NCBI GenBank assembly: GCA_038087875.1
Contig: JAXLNO010000395.1
Location: forward strand, 124,001-183,851
Direction of reading: 5' to 3'
From: Malacoraja senta
Taxonomy: Eukaryota
Length of the DNA: 59,851 bases
Made by a program: the position numbers and the translations under genes. Positions 1-12,074 of this stretch are shown here, one piece after another. The notes under the pieces are model-generated. The model was not told where the DNA came from. It worked only from the letters and a program-made list of their open reading frames with translations, and ran no database searches. How positions within the stretch are numbered: position 1 is the stretch's first letter; each line of letters opens with the position of its first letter.

Positions 1-110
1 CCAGCCTTCTTGATGAGGTTGTTAATTCTGATGGTGCTTGTGGCCTTCGCCCAGCTAACCCAGCATGTGACAGTGAAGAAGATGGCACTGGCCACCACCA
101 ATTGATAGAA
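1..110 (-). mobile_element. Rex1/Babar-like LINE RT C-terminal fragment (runs off window edge)
   Basis: Minus strand reads FYQLVVASAIFFTVTCWVSWAKATSTIRINNLIKKA, matching the FY..VV.S......CW....L..L.KKA pattern of Rex1 RT. Confidence 0.6.
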
Positions 111-197
111 CCATTAGATTTATTAGCTACATGCATGGTCTCCACAGACCACGGCTGTGCTCCTAACTTCGCATATTGAACAGGGGGAGTACTTTCA

Positions 198-231
198 GTC
201 TGAAGAAGGGTCGTGAACCAAAACGTCACCC
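198..231 (+). mobile_element. Penelope-derived short unit with degenerate hammerhead core, left half (right half 4969-~5025; split by DIRS insertion)
   Basis: GTCTGAAGAAGGG..ACC-AAAACGTCACCC joins through ATT to CCTTCTCTCCAGAGATGCTGC after 4968, rebuilding the unit seen at 6060-6129 and 8232-8330. Confidence 0.8.
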
Positions 232-696
232 ATTTTACTTCGGAGTCACGTGAGTGACTACGTGAAGAAGACCCGTCAGGGCGCATGCGCATCATTAGGA
301 CTGACGCATTGGCGCCCGGCAGCAGGAGGACGGAGCTCCTCCTGCAGGTGAGTAGTTACAGCTCCACCAAAGTCGGGGAGACTTTGGAGGAGTTAGAAAA
401 AAGTAGAAATTGTTGCTGTATGTTTTTCCCCACACAATACAGGAACAAGTAAAAAATCATCAAGGTGCAGGCCTGCTACGGACAAGGAGAGAGAGAGCAG
501 CGGGAGCGCAGTCTCTGAAAGGCAGCCTGTCACCTCTTGGGAGTCGCAAGCCGGTAGCGGTGCGGCGACAGACTTGGCAAAGTGCCCAGCCGGGTACACA
601 GCCAATGCCAGTCGGGCGGTAGGCATAAGCCAAGTCTGTCAGGGCCATTGACTCCGCAGAGCCGGGCCAGGAGAGTCCCGTTGGGGACAGGATACC

Positions 697-1608
697 GTGC
701 CCCAGCGGTTATCCAAAAGGAGCAGCGCATACAGGGGCTGCTCCACAAAGCCACACTCCAGGAGGAGTTGTGTGGGCGGGAGGCCGTGGGGACGGCTCCG
801 CTGGCAGTGCCTTGGAGAGGCCTGCTTCACAAAGCCACACTCCAGGAGGAGTTGTGAGGGCGGGAGGCCGTCGGGAAGGCTCTGCCGGCAGTGCCGTGTA
901 GAGGCCTGCTTGAAAGCACCCTCTTTGCAAGAGGTGAGTGGAGAAGTGCAGATATGCTCTGACCCTGAGTCTGACGACGACTTCCAAAGGATGGGCAGGC
1001 AGCTGCCAGAGCTGACACCGTGTGCAGCACAGTTTGCCATGTCGTCGGACGCTGGTGAGTCTCTGGGTGAGGAACTTGCCACCAGCATAAATTACCAAGT
1101 CTCACATCAGCTACAGGAGCTGACAATGGATGAGACAGTGAGGAAGCATGAAGCCCCAATCAACTGTGGCCTGTTAAAAGTTCCTGTTGGGAACAGGAAG
1201 AATTGGGGCAAGATGGGCATACTAATGAGAGCCCAGGAGGAGGTGAAGCTCCAGCATATTTTTAAACTTGCTGGCATCTGGTATAATGAGCTTTGCCAGG
1301 ATGGTGGATGGAGAGGCCATGACAAATTACAACAAAAGGCGCTATTGTGGAGTGCCCACTTTGAGATCAACTGCCTCCGCAAGACTGCGTTTAGACCAAC
1401 CATCAACCCTAAATATGCTTCACTCTGCCAGCCTGGCATAGGGCAACCGGCAAATCTGTTTGGCGAGGATTTCGCAAAGCAGGTGAAGGAGCTGGAGGAG
1501 GAGGCCAAGACGGTGGGCTTGATTAAGCAGCCAGCAGCCACATATCCACCAAAGAGTATCCCTATAAGCGAGGAGACTGGTCCGGGCAAGGGACGATTCC
1601 AGCTATGA
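697..1608 (+). pseudogene. DIRS gag-like ORF (with 84-bp tandem repeat at ~738-915)
   Basis: 303-aa ORF upstream of RT; LFGEDFAKQVKEL and P.NC..LKVP segments typical of DIRS gag; homologous to gag remnant of second DIRS (LATSINY..SHQL vs LASGISY..SHQL). Confidence 0.65.
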
Positions 1609-1849
1609 TGCAGTGCAGTTGGCGTTCAGCTGTAGCAGCGCCAGGGAAGGTGAGATATCCAGCTCGAGGCCGGGGAAGAATGCCAGGTGGTAAGGAGGTA
1701 AGTGGGTCTGGTTCTCATGTAGACAGATCTAATGTGATACCTCAGATATGTTTATACTGAAGGTTATTGAAGGGTTTCGAATAAAGCTTAATGCAAATTC
1801 TGATTTACCCATGCAACATGTTCCAAAAAGGAGTTTGACTTCAGTATCA

Positions 1850-3460
1850 CTGAACAATTGGAAGTTCAGGTGGAACTTGCAAGCTTATGTAATAAAGGTG
1901 TAATTGCTAAGGCAGTTTACCAAAGCCATCAGTTTGTGTCCAATATCTTTTCCAGACCAAAAAAGGATGGGTGATGCAGAATTATACAGGACCTGAATAG
2001 GCGTAATCCTTTTGTACGGTATAGACATTTTAAGATGGAAACGTTTGTGAAGGAGATCTTAAAGATGCGGATTCAGTGTCTGTTCATTTGCAGGATAGAA
2101 GATTTCAAATTCAGCTGGATGGGGCAATTATGGCAATACAATGCACTGCCTAATGGTTTGTCTTCAGCTCCTAGAGTTATTACAAAGTTGTTAAAACCTA
2201 TTCTAGGCATGATGAGAAGTCAAGGGCATGTGCTCATGGCTTAACTAGATAATATCTTGATTGTACGACAATCAAAGGAAACAGCTGAAGCATCATTGGC
2301 AGTTGGTAAAAAACACTTTTTACAAAAATTGGGCTTCATAAGCTATCCAAAGAAATCTAAATTAATACCTGTGACATAAATTGACTAGTTGGGTTCACAA
2401 TAGACTTAATCAACATGATTGTGACCTTGCCGAGGCAAAATAGGGTAGAGCTAATTAAGAGCTGTATCAAGTTAATTGCTGACACACAGCCTTCAATTAG
2501 CCAGGGGATGAGTCTGCTGGGGAAATTGCTGGCAGCATTTCCAGCAGTTCAATAGTGGCCACTTTATTATCTACAATTACAAAGGTCAAAGGAACAAGCA
2601 CTGAGGATACATTGGGGTCATTATAATAGACCTATGCTTCTATCAATAGAGGCTGTTGCTGATGTACAATGGTGGATTCAGCATGTGTCCACTAGTAGTT
2701 CCAAAGTGTTATTGGACCAAGCTTCCATGATTTTGCAGACAGATGTCAGAGCACTTGGGTAGGGTGCTACTGATACAAGATCCAGCTGTGGAGACAGATG
2801 GACATTGCTTCTGCAAACATGGGGAATTAACCAAGAGTATTTTATGGACTCAAGGCTTATGGCTCTAACAAAACTAGTTTGCATGTGCAGTGCAAAATAG
2901 CCAACACTACAGCAGTTGCTGATATGAATCACATGGGTGGAATCAAATCGTTATCATGTGACAGGTTGGCAAATAAAATTGGACCTGGAGTATGGATAGA
3001 GATATTTGAATTGGAGCTATCTATCTGCCATGGAAACTTAATGTATTACCAGATGGCAGGTCACGAAAATTCCGTGATAATACAGAGTGGATGTTGAACC
3101 AGGATGTGTTCAAGAACATAGTACTTCTATATGGAAGGCCAAAATATGTTTCATGGGCACCAGATCCAGGGGCAGTGGCAATTGATGCTTTTTCAAAAAT
3201 TGGGATGATATGTTTGTGTACATTTTCCCACCATACTGCCTCATAGGTCGGTGTTTGAGAAAATCAAGCAGGATGCCGCTTCAGGGGTTTTGGTGATACC
3301 AAATTGCCCGATTCAACCATGGTTCCCTTTGATGTTACAGATAGCGATCCAACCTCCTTTTGCTGATTCGAAACAGTAGGAATTTGCTAGAGCATCCAGT
3401 AACGCGTTGAGTTCATCCGTTATGTGATCGTATTGATCTGTTAATTTGCAGGTTTTTAAG
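1850..3460 (+). pseudogene. DIRS RT / RNase H / methyltransferase-like pol, frameshifted with stops
   Basis: FVSNIFSRPKKDG*CRII, YNALPNGLSSAPRVITKLLKP, A*LDNILI (YLDD position), LQTDVRALG*GA (RNase H), IDAF...VYIFPP (MT domain). Confidence 0.85.
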
Positions 3461-3469
3461 AATGCCTTA

Positions 3470-4415
3470 CATTGGTCGAGGACTTTCTAGGCCAACGGTG
3501 GATATACTCACTGCAGCCTGGAGAAAGAGTACTCAAAAGCAGTATATGGCATAAAAAATGGGAACAATATTGTGTTCAAAAGAATATTCAATATGATACT
3601 GTAGTTATTGAAAATGTGTTAGAGTTTTATCTACACTTTATTATGATGAGGGTCTTAGCTATAGTGCTATCAATACAGCTAGAAGTGCTTTGTCGGCATA
3701 TCTTGTAAAAGGTACACAGACACAAAGTATACGTTCTCACCCTCTCATATCTAGGTTGATGAAAGGAATCTTTAATTCCAAACCGCCTAAGCCTAGGTAT
3801 ATGGTAATCTGCGATGTAAGCGTTGTTAACATGCTTCGTCATTGGGTCCCTTTCATGTCTATAACTTTGCTGAATTGGCTATGCTAATGGCATTGGTGTC
3901 AGTACAGAGAGTGCAGACTTTGCAAAAACGTCAGTTCGAGAGAATGGAAGTGACTACAGAGAATGTTCTGTTTTATATTTCTGACCTGCTCAAACAAAGC
4001 AGGCCAGGTGTGACAGGATTTAAGATTGTGTTCTAAGCATATCCTACAGCTCCATGTTTATGTGTAAGGACACATTTGTTACATTACATTGAAGCCACAA
4101 GGGCTTTAAGACAAGAAGAAACAGGATTATTTGTCAGTTACAAGAAGCCAACATAAAAGAGTGGCAGTTCAGACTATCTCAAGGTGGTTAAAGCAAGAGT
4201 TGGTTCAGGCAGGAATTAACATTTATGTGTTTACATCTCATTCCCCTAGCGCAGCAGCAACATCCGCGGCCAGGGCGATGGACGTTCCCATCGACCATAT
4301 ATTAAAAGCCGCAGGTTGGAAAAATGAACTTGTGTTTCAGCAATACTACCATCGGCCGATTGCCGATGGAGGGCTGTTTGCCAACTCAATATTGAGCGCT
4401 GTTGCTATTGTTTAA
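3470..4415 (+). pseudogene. DIRS tyrosine recombinase, fragmented
   Basis: HPLISRLMKGIFN..PPKPRY; LMAL....R; TISRWLK..L..AGI...FTSHS...AATS.A.....I..ILKAAGW.....F..YY. Confidence 0.85.
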
Positions 4416-4628
4416 AGTCTGTTTTCAATACAGTTTAATTCTGTTTCGTTTGTTGCCCCTACATTAAGAGGGTTTATTGGTTGTTTTATGACCAAAAATA
4501 AAACTGTTTTGGTTTTGCATGATATGCAATGTCATGTTTACAGCATTATTGATGATACTCAGAGTCAATCGATGCAGTGAGAAGCCGGGATTTTGATCTG
4601 CGGCATAAAAATCACAGAGCTTTAAAAT

Positions 4629-4739
4629 CTTCACGTAGTCACTCACGTGACTCCGAAGTAAAATAGTAAGATTAAACGAGAACTTACCAGTTTGAAGTTT
4701 GATCTTTATTTTATGAGGAGTTACGTTGGTGATTACGTG
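4629..4739. repeat. DIRS internal complementary region (ICR)
   Basis: Its reverse complement equals the right-end extension (to 4968) joined through ATT to the left end (from 232), i.e. the circle junction sequence. Confidence 0.9.
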
Positions 4740-5972
4740 CCCGCCACGCCCAACCCTCTCTCATAGAAAAAAGGTCATAATTGTATTCTCATGTTGATCA
4801 TCTTAATATGTTACTTCAATTATGGTGTTGTCTGTGATTTCATACCGCTGCTTTGAAGATTGACGTGCATGCGCCCTGACGGGTCTTCTTCATGTAATCA
4901 CCAACGTAACTCCTCATAAAATAAAGATCAAACTTCAAACTGGTAAGTTCTCGTTTAATCTTACTATTCCTTCTCTCCAGAGATGCTGCTTGTCCCGCTG
5001 AATTACTCCAGGTTTTTTGTGACTACCATTAAGTTACGTTCTGTAGTGCTGACCTTCTAAACGTTTCCAACTGTTTAATGCCAACTGTGCATTGCACCTC
5101 TTCCTTGCTGCAGCCAGTTTCTTCACTTAGTAAATTCCCACATTCTGTTTGCATCTCAGCTCTTGGCTTTACACAGGTTTCTCACCTATAATTCCAATAA
5201 GTCTGACTTCCCAAAGTGCACCGTCTGCAAGCACTGTTTCATTTTGGAAGTGGTGGATCATGAGATTATCTTTGATAGGTGTTCCTGACAGTCAAATCTT
5301 CATGCTGGGTGTAAGAATTCATGAAATTACTGGACAAAGCTAAGCATATCCATCCATATGTAAAAAGGTCATAAAGATGTTACAATGAGCATTTGCACTG
5401 GACATGTGAAAGCTGATGAGACATGAGAAATTGAATGATTCCAACTACATATTCCTGTTCCATATGATCTGCAAATATGCTGACATGAATCAATTCTACC
5501 TCAGAGTGCAATTCTACCTCATGGTGGGGTGGGAGATTGCAACCTTCACGTGGTCCATCCTGTTTCGACTAATGTAATCAACCCGACGTGCACAAACAAA
5601 TACATCATATAGAACAAGTTGTCTTTCAACTTTATGTTGTGCACGCCATACGCAAGAAGACCTCACGGTGAAAACCAAAATTAAATAATTATTTTTCAAT
5701 AAACTTTCTTGCTTTTCATTTGATCACATCGAGCTACTACAAAAAAAACCTATATAACCAAATGGTGAAATTTAGCTTCTGACAAGAGAAAAAAAAATCA
5801 CTTTAAATTTCTGGCCTTTATTCTTGACCCTGTATATAATAATAGAGATACCGAATGAAATAACGACCTTCGCCAATAAGTCCATGCTGACCAACTACGA
5901 CTCATTCTAGCTTCAATTAGTTCTAACTTATTACACTTTCTCATCTGATAAAGATGATCAGTTTGATCATCT

Positions 5973-6240
5973 GAAGATAGACACAAAAAGCTGGAGTAAC
6001 TCAGCGGGACAGGCAGCATTTCTGGAGGGAAGGAATGGGTGATGTTTTGGGTCTCAAATCGTCACCCATTCCTTCTCTCCAGAGATGCTGCCTGTCCCGC
6101 TGAGTTACTCCAGCTTTTTGTCTATCTTCGGTTAAAACCAGCATCTGCAGTTCCTTCTTACACATGGTCATCTGAAGAAGAACTCTGCCCCGAAACATCA
6201 CCTATACCTATCCTCCAGAGATGTTGCCTGACTCACTGAA
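5973..6240. mobile_element. Penelope-derived palindromic unit (arms 5973-~6045 / ~6060-6129) plus a further + copy at 6171-6240
   Basis: Near-perfect inverted arms of ~70 bp; CTGAAGAAG...CCCGAAAC core at ~6172-6196. Confidence 0.8.
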
Positions 6241-6385
6241 TTTGTGTATTTTATTGTAAGTGAGCATCCACAGTTCCTTTTGTCCACAAGATGATTAGTT
6301 TGTTGTAAGGCATTGATGAGATTAAATTAATGAAAATCATTTTATTAGCTTCAATAATCTTATTCTAATTTATGATTTAGTTAGA

Positions 6386-6740
6386 TGTAGAAACAAGGAA
6401 CTGTAGATGCTGGTTTACAACAGAAGACACAAAGTACTGGAGTAGCTCAGCGGATCAGTCAGCATCTCATGAGAACATAGCTAGATGATGTTTCATGTTG
6501 GGGCCCTTCTTCAGACTTCTTTTGCGCGAAGTGTTGGATTGAGTGTAAGTACCTGGAATCCTGGTTGGGCCCGAACTAGGAAGCCTGGAAACAAAGCTAA
6601 AAGAATGGGAGTCTGATAAAGGGACCTGACCCGGAACATCACATATCCATGGTCTCCAGAGATGTTGCCTAACCCACTGAGTCAATCCAGCAATTTGTGT
6701 CTTTTTTTTCTAAACCAGCATCTGCAGTTCCTTGTATCTA
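6386..6740. mobile_element. Inverted pair of Penelope-derived units
   Basis: Minus-strand copy ending CCCTTCTTCAGAC (~6516) and plus-strand copy starting GTCTGATAAAGGG (~6611), both with the AAACCAGCATCT.CAGTTCCTT tail. Confidence 0.7.
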
Positions 6741-6763
6741 TTTTAGGATGTTATTGCTTTCAT

Positions 6764-8230
6764 AAGATCATAAGCTCATAAGTGATAGGAGTAGAATTAG
6801 GCTCTTCAGCCCATCAAGTCTACTCCGCCATTCAATTATGGCTGATCTATCTCTCCCTCCTAACCCCATCCCCCTGGCGGTAGAGTGCTGACATGGATAG
6901 AGAAGTGGTTGGCAGACAAGAAACAAAGAGTAGTGATTAACGGTTCCCTTTCAGAATGGCAGGCAGTGACTAGTGGGGTACCGCAAGGCTCGGTGCTGGG
7001 ACCGCAGCTATTTACAATATACATCAATGATTTGGGTGAAGGGATTCAAAGTAACATTAGCAAATTTGCAGATGACACAAAGCTGGGTGGCAGTGTGAAC
7101 TGTGAGGAGGATGCTATGAGAATGCAGGGTGACTTGGACAGGTTGGGGGAGTGGGCAGATGCATGGCAGATGAAGTTAAATGCGGATAAATGTGAGATCA
7201 TCCACTTTGGTAGCAAAAACAGGAAGGCAGATTACTATCTAAATAGCATCAAGTTGGGAATAGGGGAAATACAACTGGATCTGGGGGTCCTTGTACATCA
7301 GTCTATGAAAGTAAGCATGCAGGTACAGCAGGCAGTGAAGAAAGCGAATGGCATGTTGGCCTTTATAACAAGAGGAATCAAATATAGGAGCAAAGAGGTC
7401 CTTCTGCAGTTGTACAGAGCCCTAGTGAGACCACACCTGGAGTATTGTGTGCAGTTTTGGTCCCCTAATTTGATGCAGGACATTCTTGCTATTGAGGGAG
7501 TGCAGCGTAGGTTTACAAGGTTAATTCCTGGGATGGCGGGACTGTCATATGCTGAGAGAATGGAGCAGCTGGGCTTGTACACTCTGGAGTTTGGAAGGAT
7601 GAGAGGGCATCTCATTGAAACATACATGATTGTTAAGGGTTTGGAGACTCTAGAGGCAGGAAACATGTTCCTGATGTTGGGGGTGTCCAGAACCAAGGGC
7701 CACAGTTTAAGAATAAAGAGTAAGCCATTTAGAACAGAGACGAGGAAACACTTTTTCTCACAATGAGTGGTGAGTCTGTGGAATTCTCTGCCTCAGAGGG
7801 CGGTGGAGGCAGGTTCTCTGGATGCTTTCAAGAGAGAGCTAGATAGGTCTCTTAAAAATAGCGGAGTCAGTGGATATGGGGAGAAAGCAGGAACGGGGTA
7901 CTGATTTGGGATGATCAGCTGGCTCGAAAGGCTGAATGGTCTAATCCTGCACCTATTGCCTATTGTCTATTGTCTATTCTCCTGCATTCTCCCCATAACC
8001 ACTGACACCCTTACTAATCAAGAATTTACCTATTTCTGCCTTAAAAATATCAATTGACTTGGCCTCCACAGCTTTCTGTGGCAAAGAATTCCACAGATTC
8101 ACCACCTTCTGACTAAATAAATTCCACCTCATCTCCTTCGTAAAAGAACGTCCTTTAAATCTGAGGCTATGACCTCTAGTCCTAGACTCCTCCACTAGTG
8201 GAAACATCTTCTCCACACCCACGCTATCCA
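6764..8230 (-). mobile_element. CR1 LINE 3' fragment, interrupted by a plus-strand CR1 at 6876-7975
   Basis: 3'UTR at 6764-6875 resumes at 7976; SRTRGHSLRFKGR..FSQKVVNLWNSLP in ORF 7974..8381. Confidence 0.8.
6876..7975 (+). mobile_element. 5'-truncated CR1 LINE (RT C-half, ORF 6885-7766)
   Basis: VTSGVPQGSVLGP, KFADDTKL, LVRPHLEY motifs; (CTATTGT)n tail; very similar to 10870-12003. Confidence 0.93.
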
Positions 8231-8231
8231 A

Positions 8232-8330
8232 ATCTGAAGAAGGGTTTCGGCCCGAAACGTTGCCTATCTCCTTCGCTCCATAGATGCTGCTGCACCCGCT
8301 GAGTTTCTCCAGCATTGTTGTGTACCAATC
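8232..8330 (+). ncRNA. Penelope-derived unit with canonical minimal hammerhead ribozyme core (8234-8261)
   Basis: CTGAAGA-A-GGG-TTTCGG-CCC-GAAAC-GTT: CUGANGA and GAAA boxes flanking a short stem II, palindromic AACGTT stem III. Confidence 0.65.
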
Positions 8331-8899
8331 CAAACCTTTTACTAATCTGTACGTTTCATCGCTCCACTTTATAATTTTCACCTCAGGTCAGAATAAAAAC
8401 AACCAACCATACTTACAATCTGATAAAAATGAATGTATGCCACAGAAAAATAACTGTTACAGAATGTTGGTCTGAAAATCTTTGCAAATACACCTGTATC
8501 ACTGGAGCCTAAAAACAGAGCTAGGAAGTGAATACTAAGCAATGCGTGCATTTATTTTTTAGTAGGTTTGAGTCCATCTCAGTCTGGTGGCAAAACTATT
8601 GAATATAGAAAAGCAAAAATTCTTCAGGGGCTAATAGAATGAAATCATTGCCCAGAAAGTTTGTCTTTTTTCTGCATGAATTGACAGTGACCTTGCCAGA
8701 AATTTCAGCATTTTGTATTTGATTGGTGACTGAAGCAGAAAATACTGGAGATACTCAGCAGGGCAGACAGCAATTGTGGAGGGAGAAGCAAAGCTAATAT
8801 TTCAGATTAATAACCTTTCAATAGAATTGTTACGATTAAAGCTTTTGCTCTATAATGCTGTTTCTCTCCCCACAGGTCAGAATTCATTGGATTATCCAT

Positions 8900-11800
8900 A
8901 ATCAGACTTTACTGGACTGGGTTTAAACTAAATAATGGGGATTGACAAATTGGGAGTATAAAGATGGAGTTGAAGGGGAAGTGAGTACAGGAAAAATTAC
9001 AAAAGATTCTTGAATTAATGGGAAGGAAAGTTCCAGAAGGGATAAAAGAGTAAGGTCAGGGTCAATTGCTAACGGTGCGAGGCAGGACGTGAATACAGAG
9101 GTCAAAGTGTTGTATATGAATGCGCGAAGTATAAGAAATAAAGTGGACGAGCTTCAAGCTCAGTTAGAAATTGGCAATTATGATGTTATGGGAATTACAG
9201 AGACATGGCTGCAAGAGGGCCAGGGCTGGGAACTGAATATTCAAGGGTATACCTCCTATCGAAAAGACAGACAGGTGGGCAGAGGGGGTGGGGTAGCTCT
9301 GCTGCTGAGGAATGAAATTCAGTCCCTTGCAAGGGGTGACATTGAAACAGGGGATGTGGAGTCAGTATGGATAGAACTAAGGAATTGTAAGGGTAAAAAT
9401 ACCCTAACGGGACTAAACTACAAGCCCCCAAACAGTAGCCTGGACATAGGGTGCAAGTTGAATCAGGAGTTAAAATTGGCATGTAGCAAAGGTAATGCTT
9501 TGGTTGTTATGGGAGATTTCAACATGCATGTAGACTGGGAAAATCAGGTTGGTACTGGACCCCAAGAAAGGGACTTTGTAGAGTGCCTTCGTGATGGATT
9601 CTTAGAGCAGCTTGTATTGGAGCCTACCAGGGAGAAGGCAATTCTGGATTTAGTGTTATGTAATGAACCTGATTTGATAAAGGAACTTAAGGTTAATGAG
9701 CCATTAGGAGGTAGTGACCATAATATGGTCAGGTTTAATCTACAATTGGAGAGGGAGAAGGGTAGATCGGAGGTGTCAATGTTACAGGTGAATAAAGGGG
9801 ACTATGGGGCCATGAGGGAGGAGCTGGCCAAAGTTGACTGGAAAGATACCCTAGCAGGGATGACAGTGGAAAAACAATGGCATGTATTTCTAGGAATAAT
9901 ACAGAAGGTGCAGGATCAGTTCATTCCTAGGAGGAAGAAAAATTCCAAGGGGAGTAAGGGGCGACCGTGGCTGACAAGGGACATCAGGGACAGTATAAAA
10001 ATTAAAGAGAAGAAGTACAACATAGCAAAGATGAGCGGGAAGCAAGACGATTGGGTAATGTTTAAAGAGCAACAGAAGATAACTAAGAAGACAATACGGG
10101 GAGAAAAGATGAGGTACGAAGGTAAGCTAGCCAAGAATATAAAGGAGGATAGTAAAAGCTTCTTTAGGTATTTGAAGAGGAAAACAATATTTAAGACCAA
10201 AGTTGGAACCTTGAAGACCGAAAAAGGTCAATTTATTATGGGGAACAAGGAAATGGCAGATGAGTTGAACAGGTACTTTGGATTCGTCTTCACTAAGGAG
10301 GACACAAACAATCTTCCTGATATAGTTGTGGCCAGAGGATCTGTGGTGATGGAGGAACTGAAAGAAATCCACATTAGGCAGGAAATGGTGTTGGGTAGAC
10401 TGATGGGACTGAAGGCTGATAAATCCCCAGGGCCTGGTGGTCTGCATCCCAGGGTACTTAAGGAAGTGGCTCTAGAAATCGTGGATGCATTGGTGATAAT
10501 TTTCCAATGTTCTATAGACTCAGGATCAGTTCCTGTGGATTGGAGGGTAGCTAATGTTATCCCACTTTTTAAGAAAGACGGGAGAGAGAAAACAGGGAAT
10601 TATAGACCAATTAGCCTGACATCGGTGGTGGGGAAGATGCAGGAGTTAATTATAAAAGATGAAATAGCCGCACATTTGGATAGCAGTAATAGGATCGGCC
10701 CGAGTCAGCATGGATTTACGAAGGGGAAATCATGCTTGACTAATCTTCTGGAATTTTTTGAGGATGTAACTAGGAAAATGGACATGGGAGAGTCAGTGGA
10801 TATACCTGGACTTTCAGAAAGCATTTGATAAGGTTCCACATAGGAGGTTAGTGGGCAAAATTAGGGCACATGGTATTGTGGGTAGAGTGCTGACATGGAT
10901 AGAAAAATGGTTGGCAGACAGGAAACAAAGAGAAGTGATTAACGGGTCCCTTTCAGAATGGCAGGCAGTGACCAGTGGGGTACCTCAAGGCTTGGTGCTG
11001 GGACCGCAGCTATTTACAATATACATCAATGTTTTGGATGAAGGGATTCAAAGTAACATTAGCAAATTTGCAGATGACACAAAACATGGTGGCAGTGTGA
11101 ACTGTGAGGAGGATGCTATGAGAATGCAGGGTGACTTGGACAGGTTGGGGGAGTGGGAAGATGCATGGCAGATTAAGTTTAATGTGAATAAATGTGAGGT
11201 TATCCACTTTGGTATCAAAAACAGGAAGGCAGATTACTATCTAAATGGCGTCAATTTGGGAAAAGGGGAAGTACAATGGGATCTGGGGGTCCTTGTTCAT
11301 CAGTCTATGAAAGTAAGCATGCAGGTACAGCAGGCAGTGAAGAAAGCGAATGGCATGTTGGCCTTTATAACAAGAGGAGTCGAGTATAGGAGCAAAGAGG
11401 TCCTTCTGCAGTTGTACAGAGCCCTAGTGAGACCACACCTGGAATATTGTGTGCAGTTTTGGTCCCCTCATTTGAGGAAGGACATTCTTGCTATTGAGGG
11501 AGTGCAGCGTAGGTTTACAAGGTTAATTCCCGGGATGGCAGGACTGTCATATGTTGAGAGAATGGAGCGGCTGGGCTTGTACACTCTGGAGTTTAGATGG
11601 ATGAGAGGGGATCTTATTGAAACATATAAGATTGTTAAGGGTTTGGACACGCTAGAGGCAGGAAACATGTTCTCGATGTTGGGGGAGTCCAGAACCAGGG
11701 GCCACCGTTTAAGAATAAGGGGTAAGCCATTTATAACGGAGACGAGGAAACACTTTTTCTCACAGAGAGTTGTGAGTCTGTGGAATTCTCTGCCTCAGAG

Positions 11801-12003
11801 AGCGGTGGAGGTCGGTTCTCTAGATACTTTCAAGAGAGAGCTAGATAGGGTTCTTAAAGATAGCGGAGTCAGGGGTTTGGGGAGAAGGCAGGAACGGGGT
11901 ACTGATTGGGGAAGATCAGACATGATCACATTGAATGGCAGTGCTGACTCGAAGGGCCGAATGGCCTACTCCTGCACCTATTGTCTATTGTCTATTGTCT
12001 ATT
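8900..12003 (+). mobile_element. CR1 LINE with near-complete ORF2
   Basis: APE endonuclease (YMNARSIRNK, GITETWL, MGDFN, GSDH) then RT; (CTATTGT)n tail to ~12003; 5' boundary approximate. Confidence 0.95.
9089..11905 (+). pseudogene. CR1 ORF2 (EN+RT), frameshifted near the YLDF motif (~10800) and near the 3' end
   Basis: ORFs 9089..10828 and 10851..12005 abut; the break falls in VD..YLDFQKAFD. Confidence 0.9.
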
Positions 12004-12074
12004 GACTTTATATTGCACTAAACGTCATTCCTTTTATCCTATACCAGTATACTATGGAGAGTTTGACTATTATA

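Larger units (their letters stand above)
232..4968 (+). mobile_element. DIRS1-like tyrosine-recombinase retrotransposon, full length, coding regions decayed
   Basis: Inverted terminal repeats (~255-294 vs ~4861-4900), internal complementary region 4629-4739 matching both ends, ATT at both junctions (232-234, 4966-4968), gag-RT-RNaseH-MT-YR order. Confidence 0.93.

Noticed and set aside
5187..5285. Possible minus-strand exon (TPIKDNLMIHHFQNETVLADGALWEVRLIGII)
   Set aside because: Weak acceptor, no recognisable protein, phase incompatible with the 8417-8508 candidate
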